Shown here piece after piece: positions 9,051-19,631 of a stretch of DNA of 53,508 nt (the first letter of the stretch is position 1; every line of letters starts with the position of its first letter). The notes under the pieces are model-generated. The model worked only from the letters and a program-made list of their open reading frames with translations. It did not search any database and was not told the origin of the DNA. The DNA is taken from contig NZ_JAHLOD010000025.1 of NCBI RefSeq assembly GCF_018917145.1, positions 1-53,508 of the forward strand, read 5' to 3'. The DNA is from Clostridium bornimense (lineage in GTDB: Bacteria; Bacillota; Clostridia; Clostridiales; Clostridiaceae). The position numbers and the translations under genes are program-made.

Positions 9051-9320
9051 AAAGAATATATTATATAAAAAAGGAATTTAAAGATAAAAATTCAAATGAA
9101 AACCTTTGTATTTTAACTATATATGTATTAAAAGTAAATATAATGAATAAATTACTAAAAGTTGCATTATAAATGTACAAATAATATTAAAAATATACAA
9201 CATCAACATGAATAAACTTGATAAAATATAATTGTCTTCAGAGGAAGCGATTTCAATATAACGTAACTAACAAATTATAAGTTATATAATAAATATAAAT
9301 TTAAGGTGAGGGAAAGTATT

Positions 9321-11579
9321 ATGTTAGAAAATAACTTAAATGAAATTTTAACAAAAAGATTTAACAAATCAATTAGTGAAGCTAGTAATGAAGAAGTATA
9401 CTTAGCATTATTAGAATTAACAAAATCAAATATTAAGAAAAAGGGAACTAACAAAGGAAAGAAAAAGCTTTACTACATTTCTGCTGAATTCTTAATTGGT
9501 AAGCTATTATCTAACAACTTAATTAACTTAGGTCTTTATGATGAAGTTAAAGAAGTATTAGCTAAAAACGGAAAAGAATTAACTGATATAGAAGAAGTAG
9601 AATTAGAACCTTCTCTAGGAAACGGTGGTCTTGGAAGATTAGCAGCTTGTTTCATAGATTCTATTGCAACTTTAGGATTAAACGGGGACGGTGTTGGATT
9701 AAACTATCACTTTGGATTATTCCAACAAGTATTTAAAGATAACAAACAAACAGCAGTTAAAAATCCATGGATTACAAGTGAAAGCTGGTTAAATAAATCA
9801 GATATTAAATTTGAAGTTCCATTTGGAGGATTTACTTTAAAATCAACATTATATGATATAGATGTAACTGGATACAATGAAGCATCAAACAAACTTCGTT
9901 TATTCGATATTGATACTTTAGATGAATCATTAGTTAAAGATGGAATAAATTTTGATAAGACAGATATTAAAGAAAACTTAACTTTATTCTTATATCCAGA
10001 TGATAGTGATGAAGCTGGTCACTTATTAAGAGTATATCAACAATATTTCATGGTAAGTAATGCTGCTCAATTAATTTTATTAGAAGCAGAAGAAAACGGA
10101 TATGACTTACACAAATTACATGAACATGTAGTTGTTCAAATTAATGATACACACCCATCAATGGTTATTCCTGAATTAATCAGATTATTAGGATTAAAGG
10201 GAATTGGAATGTCAGAAGCTATAGAAATAGTAACAAAGACTTGTGCTTACACAAACCACACTATCTTAGCTGAAGCATTAGAAAAATGGCCAATAAAATA
10301 CTTAGAAAAAGTTGCTCCACAAATTGTGCCAATTATCGTTGAATTAGATAACAGAGTTAAAGCTAAATATGACGATGAAAAAGTTTATATCATAGACAAT
10401 GAAAACCGTGTTCATATGGCTCACATGGACATCCACTATGGATTCAGTGTAAATGGAGTTGCAGCACTTCATACAGAAATATTAGAACAAGAAGAATTAA
10501 AACCATTCTATGATATTTATCCAGAAAAATTCAATAACAAAACTAATGGTATAACTTTCAGAAGATGGTTATTACATTGTAATAATGAGTTAGCTAGCTA
10601 TATTAGCGAACTTATCGGAGATGATTACAAGAAAGAAGCTACTAAGTTAGAAGACTTAATGAAGTTTGTTGATGATAAGAAAGTATTAGCTAAACTTGAT
10701 GAAATAAAGAAACATAACAAATTAGCATTAAAGAAATACTTAAAAGAAACTCAAAACTTAGATTTAAACGAAAACTCTATATTTGATATTCAAATTAAGA
10801 GACTTCATGAATATAAGAGACAACAAATGAATGTGTTATACATCATTAATAAGTACTTAGAAATCAAAGGTGGTAAGAAGCCAGCTACTCCAATTACTGC
10901 AATTTTTGGAGCAAAAGCAGCACCAGCTTATATCATAGCTCAAGATATTATTCATACTATCCTTTGCTTACAAGAAATCATTAACAACGATCCAGATGTT
11001 AACAAGTACTTAAATGTATTTATGGTTGAAAACTATAACGTAACAAAAGCTTCAAAATTAATTCCTGCTTGTGATATTTCAGAACAAATTTCACTTGCAT
11101 CTAAAGAAGCATCTGGTACTGGTAACATGAAGTTCATGTTAAATGGTGCTTTAACTCTTGGAACTGAAGATGGAGCAAACGTTGAAATTCATCAATTAGT
11201 TGGAGATGAAAATATCTACATCTTTGGTGAATCAAGTGAAACAGTTATAGAACACTATAAGAATGCTGATTATGTTGCTAAAGACTTCTACAATAAACCA
11301 GAAATCAAGAAGTTAGTTGACTTTATCGTAAGTGATGAAATGATGAAAGTAGGAGATAAAGAAAACTTAGAAAGACTTCATAATGAATTAATCAATAAAG
11401 ACTGGTTCATGACTTTACTAGATCTTGAAGATTATATTAAGACTAAGGATAAAGTATTTGAAGATTATGCAGATAGAGAAACTTGGATGAAGAAAGTAGT
11501 AGTTAATATTGCTAAAGCTGGATTCTTCTCTTCTGACCGTACAATTGCTCAATACAACGAAGATATTTGGCATCTATAA
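9321..11579 (+). CDS. glgP: Glycogen/maltodextrin phosphorylase.
   Basis: 752-aa GT35 family protein with the PLP-lysine region [28 protein letters not shown]. The AAGGTGAGGG RBS favours the ATG at 9321 over the GTG at 9306. Confidence 0.9.
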   Translation: MLENNLNEILTKRFNKSISEASNEEVYLALLELTKSNIKKKGTNKGKKKLYYISAEFLIGKLLSNNLINLGLYDEVKEVLAKNGKELTDIEEVELEPSLGNGGLGRLAACFIDSIATLGLNGDGVGLNYHFGLFQQVFKDNKQTAVKNPWITSESWLNKSDIKFEVPFGGFTLKSTLYDIDVTGYNEASNKLRLFDIDTLDESLVKDGINFDKTDIKENLTLFLYPDDSDEAGHLLRVYQQYFMVSNAAQLILLEAEENGYDLHKLHEHVVVQINDTHPSMVIPELIRLLGLKGIGMSEAIEIVTKTCAYTNHTILAEALEKWPIKYLEKVAPQIVPIIVELDNRVKAKYDDEKVYIIDNENRVHMAHMDIHYGFSVNGVAALHTEILEQEELKPFYDIYPEKFNNKTNGITFRRWLLHCNNELASYISELIGDDYKKEATKLEDLMKFVDDKKVLAKLDEIKKHNKLALKKYLKETQNLDLNENSIFDIQIKRLHEYKRQQMNVLYIINKYLEIKGGKKPATPITAIFGAKAAPAYIIAQDIIHTILCLQEIINNDPDVNKYLNVFMVENYNVTKASKLIPACDISEQISLASKEASGTGNMKFMLNGALTLGTEDGANVEIHQLVGDENIYIFGESSETVIEHYKNADYVAKDFYNKPEIKKLVDFIVSDEMMKVGDKENLERLHNELINKDWFMTLLDLEDYIKTKDKVFEDYADRETWMKKVVVNIAKAGFFSSDRTIAQYNEDIWHL

Positions 11580-11590
11580 GATAAATTACA

Positions 11591-11640
11591 AAGGAGTTGT
11601 CGCACAATGTTTGTGCTTCAACTCCTTATTTTTATATTTT
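11591..11640 (+). terminator. Rho-independent terminator of glgP.
   Basis: AAGGAGTTG-TC-GCACAA-TGT-TTGTGC-TTC-AACTCCTT two-tier hairpin followed by ATTTTTATATTTT. Confidence 0.7.
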
Positions 11641-11655
11641 GAAAAGTAGATATTA

Positions 11656-11684
11656 TTGACATATGACAAGTTATCATATAAAAT
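11656..11684 (+). promoter_or_regulatory. Sigma-A-type promoter (TTGACA-17-TAAAAT) overlapping imperfect palindromes. This is a candidate TetR operator for the ABC-tetR operon.
   Basis: Exact -35 hexamer with a 17-nt spacer. The ATGACAAG...GTTGTCAT inverted repeat and a repeated TGACAT/GTCAT lie within and after it. Confidence 0.45.
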
Positions 11685-11728
11685 TTGAATGTGACATGTT
11701 GTCATAAAAATGTTTTTAGGGAGGAAAT

Positions 11729-13702
11729 ATGGGATTACTAAAGTTAAAAAATATTAATAAGAGATATACACTAGATAATAAAGAAACTTTTCATGTATTA
11801 AAAGATATAAATGTTTCTTTTAGTAAAGGTGAATTAGTATCTATTATCGGAGAATCCGGTAGTGGAAAGTCTACTTTGATGAATTTGATAGGTGGATTAG
11901 ATTCAAATTTTGAAGGAGAATTATTTGTAAATGATAAAGATATAAATAAGTTTTCTGAAAAAGAATTAGATAGATATAGAAAAAATACAATTGGATTTGT
12001 ATTTCAAAGTTGCAATCTTATACCGCATCTTTCTATATTAGATAACGTTACTATTGCATTGACTTTATCTAACGTGTCTAAGGAAGAACGTATAGAAAAG
12101 GCAAAAGTTGCATTAAAAGAAGTTGGTCTTGAAAAACATATTTATAAAAAGCCAAATCAATTATCAGGAGGGCAAAGACAAAGAGTTGCAATTGCAAGGG
12201 CATTAATTAATAACCCAGATATAATTCTTGCAGATGAGCCAACGGGAGCTCTTGATTCAGAAACTACAGAGCAAGTTCTAAATATAATCAAGGATATTGC
12301 TAGCAAAGGCAAATTAGTTATAATGGTAACTCATTCAGAGAAAGTAGCAAATCATTCTAGTAGGGTAATAAAAATATTAGATGGTAAAATAATTGAAGAT
12401 GTACAAAAGGATAAGAAGAAAGTACATGAAGTTAAAGATGAACTAGCAAATACTTCTGTAGATAAAAGAAAAGAAGAAAACTTAAGTTTTATATCAGCAA
12501 TAAAGTTAGCGTATAACAATATGAAACAAAAGCTTAAGAGAAATATATTGGTTTCTATTGGCGTTAGTATAGGGATAATGAGTGTTATTGCTATGTTAGC
12601 ATTAGGTAATGGAGTAAAGTCTTATTTTAGTGATATGATTGATAGTTTTATGAATCCTTTAGTTGTTGAAGTAAGTATGAAGCAGGAACAATCAGAACCA
12701 ACAAATCCAGCTGCTGCAATGCAATCAATGATGTCAACAACACCATTTGAAAAAGAAAATATTGATGAACTATCAAAACTTCAAGGAGTAAAGAAGGTAG
12801 AAAATGGTTTTCAATATATAACTATGCCTGGTACAAATAAATTAACATATAAAGATAAGAGTAGCGACTTAATGGTATTAGCTAGTATGTCTTCAGTTCT
12901 TACAAAAGATAATGTTAAGGATGGATCACTTCCAGGAAAGAATGAGCTTATAGTAAATGATTCAGTTATAAAGGATCTTGGTAGCGATGTTGTTGGTAAG
13001 ACTGTTACTTTAAATGCTGTTATAGATGGACAACCTATAAGTGGTGATTTTGTAATTAGTGGTATTTATACTGTAGGGGAAAGTAATCAGTTATCTGATG
13101 GTAGTAACTTAGCTTATATTAATTATTCTGATATTGAGACACTCTTAAGTGATGCAGGTAAGGAATTAAAACCTACTATGGTTTACTTAGTAGCAGATAA
13201 TGAAGAAGATGCCAGTGATCTTAAGTCAACAATTAGAGACTTAGGTTATAGTGGGTCAACTCAAGAAACTATGGGAGATCAAATGTTAACTATGCTAAAC
13301 ATTGTAACAATAGTTTTAGCAGGAATTGCTGGAATTTCACTTTTAGTTTCATCAATTATGATATTAGTAGTTTTATATATAAGTGTTGTAGAAAGAACAA
13401 AAGAAATTGGATTACTTAGAGCTATAGGAGCAAGAAACAAAGATATAAAAAGAATTTTTGTTTCAGAAGCATTCTTGATTGGAATCTCTAGTGGAATATT
13501 AGGAACAATAAGCTCATTTATTATTTCGATTTTAGTTAATAAAGCATCTATGAATGTATTTGATATGAAGGTAATGAATATTACTGGTGGATATGTTATT
13601 ATAGGTATTGGAATTAGTGTGATTGTAAGTATGTTAGCAGGTCTTTCTCCAGCTAATAAAGCATCAAAACTTGATCCAGTAGATTCATTAAGAACAGAAT
13701 AG
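11729..13702 (+). CDS. MacB-type ABC transporter, fused ATPase plus FtsX-like permease (antimicrobial peptide / macrolide exporter family).
   Basis: N-terminal Walker A GESGSGKST, LSGGQRQRVAIARAL, ILADEPTGALD, then an extracytoplasmic domain and a C-terminal 4-TM FtsX domain. Confidence 0.85.
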   Translation: MGLLKLKNINKRYTLDNKETFHVLKDINVSFSKGELVSIIGESGSGKSTLMNLIGGLDSNFEGELFVNDKDINKFSEKELDRYRKNTIGFVFQSCNLIPHLSILDNVTIALTLSNVSKEERIEKAKVALKEVGLEKHIYKKPNQLSGGQRQRVAIARALINNPDIILADEPTGALDSETTEQVLNIIKDIASKGKLVIMVTHSEKVANHSSRVIKILDGKIIEDVQKDKKKVHEVKDELANTSVDKRKEENLSFISAIKLAYNNMKQKLKRNILVSIGVSIGIMSVIAMLALGNGVKSYFSDMIDSFMNPLVVEVSMKQEQSEPTNPAAAMQSMMSTTPFEKENIDELSKLQGVKKVENGFQYITMPGTNKLTYKDKSSDLMVLASMSSVLTKDNVKDGSLPGKNELIVNDSVIKDLGSDVVGKTVTLNAVIDGQPISGDFVISGIYTVGESNQLSDGSNLAYINYSDIETLLSDAGKELKPTMVYLVADNEEDASDLKSTIRDLGYSGSTQETMGDQMLTMLNIVTIVLAGIAGISLLVSSIMILVVLYISVVERTKEIGLLRAIGARNKDIKRIFVSEAFLIGISSGILGTISSFIISILVNKASMNVFDMKVMNITGGYVIIGIGISVIVSMLAGLSPANKASKLDPVDSLRTE

Positions 13703-13724
13703 AAAATATATTGAGGAGATTTAT

Positions 13725-14342
13725 ATGCCTAAAAATACATTTTTTAATTTACCTAAAGATAAAAGAAATAAGATAATAAAATGTGCTAAAAAGGAATTTA
13801 GTAAATATAATTTTTATGATGCATCTATAAATAGAATAATCAAAGAAGCTAATATTTCTAGAGGTAGTTTTTATCAATATTTTGAGAATAAAGAAGATTT
13901 ATTTATATATTTATTAGGTGAATTTAGAGATAGAATTTTATCAGACTTAGAGCATAAAATTATTGATATAGATTGTGATATTTTTCAGTTTCAATTATTA
14001 ATTTTTGATTATATTACAACTGAGGTTGTTAAAAGTAAGGATAAAGATTTTATTATTTCTATTATATGCAATATGGATATTAGGTTAGAAAAACATTTAT
14101 CTCAATTTATTCAGTGTAAGGAGTTTACATCAGTAGATAAGTTACCTCCTCATATAAAATCTACAAAAAATATAAGAATTAATGAAGATAATGAATTAGA
14201 AATATTAAATAACTTATTAATATCATCGTTAATAAATGAATTAGTGGCTTTTTTTACAATATCAAAGTCACTAGAATCATGTAGAGAATCATTAATGGTT
14301 ACAGCAGATATTTTAAAACATGGTGTTATTAATAATAAATAA
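13725..14342 (+). CDS. TetR/AcrR-family transcriptional regulator.
   Basis: N-terminal HTH with FYDASINRIIKEANISRGSFYQYFENKEDLF. Confidence 0.85.
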   Translation: MPKNTFFNLPKDKRNKIIKCAKKEFSKYNFYDASINRIIKEANISRGSFYQYFENKEDLFIYLLGEFRDRILSDLEHKIIDIDCDIFQFQLLIFDYITTEVVKSKDKDFIISIICNMDIRLEKHLSQFIQCKEFTSVDKLPPHIKSTKNIRINEDNELEILNNLLISSLINELVAFFTISKSLESCRESLMVTADILKHGVINNK

Positions 14343-14348
14343 ATAGAA

Positions 14349-14394
14349 GGACTAAGTTACAAAAGTAGGAATTTGTGATTTAGTCCTTTTTTAT
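14349..14394 (+). terminator. Rho-independent terminator after tetR.
   Basis: GGACTAA...TTAGTCC stem followed by TTTTTTAT. Confidence 0.55.
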
Positions 14395-14572
14395 ATATAA
14401 AGTTATATTATTTTATTAAGTTTAAAATGATAAAATTTTATTTTTAATGCTTAAAATTTAATATAATGAAAATAATAGAAGGAAAATTTTAAAATATATC
14501 AATAAAAGTATCACAAACCTTAATTGTTTTATATAATTTAAATATGAAGAATATTAGGGGGAGGGAAGATAG

Positions 14573-16012
14573 ATGGTTAAGCTAATGATTATTTGTGGAT
14601 TAGTATTATTAATTTCTATTACATCTAGTAAGGTACTATATAAGTTTGGTGTACCAATATTATTAGTATTTATAATACTTGGAATGTTATTTGGTTCTGA
14701 TGGAATTGTAGGAATATATTTTGATAATTATCAGCTTACTAGTGAACTGTGTTCAATGGCATTAGTGCTCATAATGTTTTATGGTGGATTTGGTACCAAT
14801 TGGAGTATGGCTAAGTCTTCAGCTATTCCTTCAATACTTATGTCAACAGTAGGTGTAATAATAACGGCAGTATTAACAGGATTATTTTGTGATTTTGTAT
14901 TAGGTACTACTTTATTAGAAGGATTGCTTATTGGAGCGGTGGTAGCATCTACTGATGCAGCAGCTGTTTTTGCTATATTAAGATCGCAAAGGTTAAACTT
15001 GAAAGGATCATTGGCGCCATTGTTAGAGGTGGAAAGTGGCAGTAATGATCCTATTGCATATATGTTTACATTAACAATACTAACTCTTATGAAAAGTAGT
15101 AGTATAGGAAGTATAGTACCTATGCTAATAAAACAAATTGTCTTTGGACTATTAGTTGGTACAATTTTAGCTAAGGGTGCTGTTTACATTATTAGAAAAG
15201 CAAATTTTGAGGTAGAAGGGTTCTATACAATATTTGTAATAGCCATAGCAATTTTATCCTATGCATTAAGCGAATGGTTGGAGGGAAACGGATATTTAAG
15301 CGTATATATGGCGGGAATCTTAATAGGAAATAGCAAGATACCACATAAAAAAAGTATGTTTCGTTTTTTAGATGGAATCTCATGGATTATGCAAATAGCA
15401 TTATTTTTTACATTGGGATTATTATCATTTCCTTCAAAATTCCCTAGGATTTTTGGAACAGCTACATCCATATCACTGTTTATGCTATGTGTTGCAAGAC
15501 CAGTAGCTACATTTTTAACATTGCATCCATTTAAATTTTCGATAAAGGAAAAAATATTTATTTCATGGGTAGGGCTTAGAGGAGCTGCTTCAATAGTTTT
15601 TGCAATATATGCTGTTACTTATGGAGTGCATATAGATGATGATATTTTTCATATAATATTTTTCATAGCATTATTTTCAGTATCAATTCAGGGAACGTTG
15701 ATACCGGTAATAGCAAAGAAACTTGATTTAGTTGATAATACTACGACAGTATTAAAAACTTTTAATGATTATTCAGGAGATATGAGTACAAGGCTAATTG
15801 AACTTAATGTAGACAATAATAACAAGTGGATTAATAAAAGCATTATGGATGCAAATATACCAGAGGAAATATTAATAGTTATGATAAAACGTAAAGGTGA
15901 AGTATTGATTCCTAAAGGTGCAACAATTATAGAAAAAGGAGATATTTTAGTATTAAGTGGAGAAAATATAGAAAAATTAATAGAAAAAGAGCTGCAAAGA
16001 ATTCCAAGTTAG
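14573..16012 (+). CDS. CPA1-family K+(Na+)/H+ antiporter (NhaP2/CvrA-like) with a C-terminal TrkA-C (RCK_C) domain.
   Basis: Twelve or more TM helices, then a soluble C-terminal domain (GDILVLSGENIEKL) typical of TrkA_C. Confidence 0.8.
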   Translation: MVKLMIICGLVLLISITSSKVLYKFGVPILLVFIILGMLFGSDGIVGIYFDNYQLTSELCSMALVLIMFYGGFGTNWSMAKSSAIPSILMSTVGVIITAVLTGLFCDFVLGTTLLEGLLIGAVVASTDAAAVFAILRSQRLNLKGSLAPLLEVESGSNDPIAYMFTLTILTLMKSSSIGSIVPMLIKQIVFGLLVGTILAKGAVYIIRKANFEVEGFYTIFVIAIAILSYALSEWLEGNGYLSVYMAGILIGNSKIPHKKSMFRFLDGISWIMQIALFFTLGLLSFPSKFPRIFGTATSISLFMLCVARPVATFLTLHPFKFSIKEKIFISWVGLRGAASIVFAIYAVTYGVHIDDDIFHIIFFIALFSVSIQGTLIPVIAKKLDLVDNTTTVLKTFNDYSGDMSTRLIELNVDNNNKWINKSIMDANIPEEILIVMIKRKGEVLIPKGATIIEKGDILVLSGENIEKLIEKELQRIPS

Positions 16013-16091
16013 AAAATATCTTGGAGTAGATTTTTTTTATAAACGTAAAGAAGTAGAACTTTTAATATTGATTAAATCGTATAAAATTTTA

Positions 16092-16120
16092 TTGAAATAT
16101 GTCAATATTCATAATATAAT
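16092..16120 (+). promoter_or_regulatory. Sigma-A promoter TTGAAA-17-TATAAT driving the purine riboswitch and pbuX-xpt.
   Basis: Exact -10, 5/6 -35, 17-nt spacer, about 20 nt upstream of the aptamer P1. Confidence 0.6.
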
Positions 16121-16141
16121 ACGAAATATAACATAATGAAT

Positions 16142-16208
16142 CTCGTATATAATCGATAATATGGATCGAAAGTTTCTACCTGCAAACCGTAAAAGTGCAG
16201 ACTACGAG
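16142..16208 (+). promoter_or_regulatory. Purine riboswitch aptamer, guanine/xanthine class (C at the specificity position).
   Basis: CUCGUAUAUAAUCGAUAAUAUGGAUCGAAAGUUUCUACCUGCAAACCGUAAAAGUGCAGACUACGAG. P1 is CUCGUA/UACGAG, the P2 loop is AAUAUGG, J2/3 is AAAGUUUCUACC, the P3 loop is ACCGUAAAA and J3/1 is GACU with C74. It is nearly identical to the B. subtilis xpt G-box. Confidence 0.9.
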
Positions 16209-16254
16209 GAGTTGTATTTCATTTGTATAGCAAAAGAAGATAGCTTTTGAAATA

Positions 16255-16290
16255 GAACACCTCAATTTTTTTATTGAGGTGTTTTTTTAT
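16255..16290 (+). terminator. Riboswitch expression-platform terminator, giving transcription attenuation in the guanine-bound state.
   Basis: ACACCTCAAT-TTTTTT-ATTGAGGTGT followed by TTTTTTT, lying between the aptamer and the pbuX start. Confidence 0.8.
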
Positions 16291-16311
16291 TAAAAGAAAA
16301 AGGAGTTTTAT

Positions 16312-17646
16312 ATGAGTAAGAACAATGAGAATACTATTGGCTTAACTTACCAGGTAGATGATAATCCTTCATTACCGAAGAAAATTTTATTTGGACTTCA
16401 ACATATATTTGCAGCATTTTCAGGAATTGTTGTAGTTCCGTTGGTAATCGCAGGAAGCTTAGGCTTTGATAGTACAATGACAACAGCATTGATTAGTGCC
16501 TCTATTTTGGCATCAGGTATTGCAACTATAGTACAGGCAAGAGGTATTGGAAAAGTAGGATCAAAAGTTGCTTGTATTATGGGTACAGATTTTACATTTG
16601 TATCACCAGCAATTTCAGTAGGACAAACATTAGGAATGGCAGGTATAGTTGGAGCTACAATTTTGGGATCGTTTTTTGAAATTATTTTAAGTTATTTTAT
16701 AAAACCATTAATGAAGTTCTTTCCTCCAATAGTTACTGGAACTGTAGTATGTTTAATTGGCCTAACATTATTGCCAGTGTCAATAGATTGGGCTGCTGGA
16801 GGAAGTGGAGCAGCTGACTATGGAAGTTTAAAAAACTTATCTATTGCAATGATAGTAATGGTAATAACTCTAGTTCTGAATAGTTATGGCAAGGGAATGT
16901 TAAGCAGTGCATCTATTTTAATTGGAATGACTATAGGATATTTAATATGTATTCCTCTTGGAATGGTTGATTTTTCAGCTGTTAAAGAAGCAACATGGTT
17001 TTCAATGCCTAAAATATTTCAATATGGAGTAGTGTTTAATTGGAAAGCATTATTAGCATTTATACCAGCATATTTTGTTACTACAATAGAAACTGTTGGA
17101 TGTTTAAAGGCTATAGGGGAAACTTCTAATATAGAAATGGATGAAAAGAGAGTTGGAGCTGGAGTTTTAGCTGATGGAGTAGGTAGTATTGTTGGTGCTA
17201 CAGTGGGTTCTTTCTCAAATACATCTTTTAGTCAAAATGTAGGATTAATTTCTCTTACAAAAGTTGCAAGTAGGCATGTAGCAGTAATGGCAGGGACACT
17301 TTTAGTGATTTTGGGATTATTTCCTAAGTTAGCAGGTCTGATCAATGGAATTCCACAACCAGTACTTGGTGGTGTTGGAATAGTAATGTTTGGAACTGTA
17401 GCTGCGGCTGGAATTAAAACATTAAGTAGAGTAAAATTAAATGATAGGAATCTTTTAATAATAGCTACATCAATAGCTCTAGGATTAGGCGTAACATTTA
17501 GACCAGAAGTTATATCACAGTTACCAGAAGGATTACAAATGATATTTGCATCAGGAATTTCAACAGGAACAATTGTTTCATTAATACTAAACTTAGTTTT
17601 AAAAGAGAGTAAAGATGAAATTTTAGAAAGTACAGAAGAGGTGTAA
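16312..17646 (+). CDS. pbuX: NCS2-family xanthine permease.
   Basis: 444-aa 12-14 TM protein of the NCS2 (xanthine/uracil permease) family, downstream of a G-riboswitch and upstream of xpt. Confidence 0.85.
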   Translation: MSKNNENTIGLTYQVDDNPSLPKKILFGLQHIFAAFSGIVVVPLVIAGSLGFDSTMTTALISASILASGIATIVQARGIGKVGSKVACIMGTDFTFVSPAISVGQTLGMAGIVGATILGSFFEIILSYFIKPLMKFFPPIVTGTVVCLIGLTLLPVSIDWAAGGSGAADYGSLKNLSIAMIVMVITLVLNSYGKGMLSSASILIGMTIGYLICIPLGMVDFSAVKEATWFSMPKIFQYGVVFNWKALLAFIPAYFVTTIETVGCLKAIGETSNIEMDEKRVGAGVLADGVGSIVGATVGSFSNTSFSQNVGLISLTKVASRHVAVMAGTLLVILGLFPKLAGLINGIPQPVLGGVGIVMFGTVAAAGIKTLSRVKLNDRNLLIIATSIALGLGVTFRPEVISQLPEGLQMIFASGISTGTIVSLILNLVLKESKDEILESTEEV

Positions 17647-17653
17647 GAATAGT

Positions 17654-18223
17654 ATGGAGTTATTAAAGAAACGTATTTTAGATGAAGGTAAAGCATTAAA
17701 TGAAACGGTATTAAAAGTGGATAGCTTTTTAAATCATGGTGTAGATGCAAAACTTATGTATGAGGTAGGAACAGAATTTAAAAATTATTTTGAAAAACAT
17801 AACATAACTAAGATTTTTACAATTGAAAGTTCTGGTATAGCACCAACAGTTATGACAGCAATGCAAATGAATCTTCCTATGGTTACATTAAAAAAACAAA
17901 GTTCAAAGATATTAAATGGTGAAGTATATCAAACTACAGTACACTCATTTACAAAGGCTTTAGATTATCAATTAACATTATCAAAAAAATATATTTCTAA
18001 GGAAGATAATATACTTATTATAGATGATTTTTTAGCTAATGGGGAAGCGGCACTTGGAGCTATAAGATTAGTTGAAGAAGCTGGTGCAAAGGTTGCTGGT
18101 ATTGGAATAGTAATTGAAAAGTCATTCCAACCAGGACGTAAATTGTTAGAAGATAAAGGATATGAAGTTTATTCATTAGCAAGAATAAAAAAACTTGGTA
18201 AAGATTTAATTGAATTTGTTTAA
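17654..18223 (+). CDS. xpt: Xanthine phosphoribosyltransferase.
   Basis: Colinear with B. subtilis Xpt: [48 protein letters not shown]. Confidence 0.9.
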   Translation: MELLKKRILDEGKALNETVLKVDSFLNHGVDAKLMYEVGTEFKNYFEKHNITKIFTIESSGIAPTVMTAMQMNLPMVTLKKQSSKILNGEVYQTTVHSFTKALDYQLTLSKKYISKEDNILIIDDFLANGEAALGAIRLVEEAGAKVAGIGIVIEKSFQPGRKLLEDKGYEVYSLARIKKLGKDLIEFV

Positions 18224-18237
18224 AAATATATTGTGTG

Positions 18238-18272
18238 AAAGCTGCTACGCAAGAGCGTGGTAGCTTTTTTTA
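18238..18272 (+). terminator. Rho-independent terminator after xpt.
   Basis: GCTGCTACGC-AAGA-GCGTGGTAGC (with G-U wobbles) followed by TTTTTTTAT. Confidence 0.65.
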
Positions 18273-18429
18273 TTCAGTGTACAGTTATTGATAAAATTAC
18301 TTCACAAGAAGAATTTTTACCTAAATTGTGAAATTCTAATTGTAAATTATAATATATATATTTTAGGGAATTATATTAATATGTAATAAAGATTTTAAAA
18401 TGAAATAAAATTATAGGGGAGAGATTGAG

Positions 18430-19047
18430 ATGAAATATGATAAAATAACTTTGCCGTATAAATTTAATGATTTAGAGCCATATATAGATGGTGAGACCAT
18501 AGAGATACATTATTCAAAGCATTTACAAAGTTATGTTAACAATCTTAATAGTATAGTAGAGAAGAATCAGGATTTTTTCCATGGAAAGGCACTAGAAGAA
18601 ATTTTATCAGATACAAATAATATACCAGAATATATAAAGTTATCAGTAATAAATCAGGGTGGTGGAGTATTTAATCATAATTTATATTTTTCATTATTAT
18701 CACCTAATGCTAAATTATCACCACAAGGTGATTTATTAAAAGATATCAATAATACATTTGGTAGTGTTGAAAACTTAAAAGAGCAAATTTCCAATGCATC
18801 ATTGAGACAATTTGGATCAGGATATGGATGGCTTGTTATAAATAAATATGGTGTTTTACAAGTTATGATGATGCCAAATCAAGACAATCCTTTAAGTATT
18901 GGTGCAAAACCTATATTAACAATAGATGTATGGGAACATGCTTATTATCTTAAATACAAAAATTTAAGAGGCGATTATGTAAAAAATATATGGAACATTA
19001 TTGATTGGTCCGCTGTGGAAAAGTTATATTTAAATTATAAAAAATAA
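18430..19047 (+). CDS. sodA: Mn/Fe superoxide dismutase.
   Basis: LPYKFNDLEPYIDGETIEIHYSKHLQSYVNNLN, DVWEHAYYLKYKN and GSGYGWLV are classic Fe/Mn-SOD motifs. Confidence 0.9.
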   Translation: MKYDKITLPYKFNDLEPYIDGETIEIHYSKHLQSYVNNLNSIVEKNQDFFHGKALEEILSDTNNIPEYIKLSVINQGGGVFNHNLYFSLLSPNAKLSPQGDLLKDINNTFGSVENLKEQISNASLRQFGSGYGWLVINKYGVLQVMMMPNQDNPLSIGAKPILTIDVWEHAYYLKYKNLRGDYVKNIWNIIDWSAVEKLYLNYKK

Positions 19048-19475
19048 GTAATTACAAAACTGTTACACTCTTTTTGGTGCAACAGTTTTTGTAGTATAAG
19101 ATTATCTATTATATCTGATTTTTCACCATTTTCAAGTAGCATAAAAGGATTATGGCATAAATCTGCTACAGTACAATATTCTTTTTTTGATAAAGGATGA
19201 TTTTCTGGTAAAATAGCAAGTAATCTATCTTGTTCTAAAAATATAGTTTCAAGTTCTGCATTAGCAGGCAAATGTAAGAAACCATAATCTACTCTGCCTT
19301 CTAAAATCCATTCTTCTATTTTTTTATAATCACCTAGGAGTAATTCATAATCAATATTAGTATAATCATGCTGAAATTTTTTAATAATATTAGGTAACCA
19401 ATAAGTAGCTACATTAGAAAATGTTCCAATGGGTATTAAGTCAGATTGTAGACCATTTAGTTCATCAACATGCAT
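19035..19475 (-). pseudogene. N-terminally truncated LysR-family regulator. Only the substrate-binding domain remains and the HTH is absent.
   Basis: LIPIGTFSNVATYWLPNIIKKFQHDYTNIDYELLLGDYKKIEEWILEGRVDYGF is a LysR_substrate domain. An in-frame stop lies 2 codons upstream of the first Met, and no HTH is encoded in any frame of 19476-19620. Confidence 0.55.
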
Positions 19476-19631
19476 TTGAAGCTAATGTAGGAACATTGTT
19501 TTTAGGTAAAAGTAATGTTTAGATAAAAATACACTAATTTTAAAATAGTAATAAAGATTCCCACGCCTTAATATTCTAAGTAATTTAAATTACAAGGTAT
19601 GGGGATTTGTCTAAGTTAGTACTTTGAATAT

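Noticed and set aside
9306-9320. GTG start extending GlgP by 5 codons (MRESI).
   Set aside because: The AAGGTGAGGG RBS overlaps those codons and is correctly spaced for the ATG at 9321.
17232-17750. 172-aa minus-strand ORF.
   Set aside because: It lies antisense inside the xanthine permease and xpt genes. It has no RBS and a low-complexity composition.
18273-18429. Possible PerR/Fur box upstream of sodA (AATTATAATATATATA).
   Set aside because: It has only a loose resemblance to the TTATAATnATTATAA consensus in a generally AT-rich spacer. I could not distinguish it from background.
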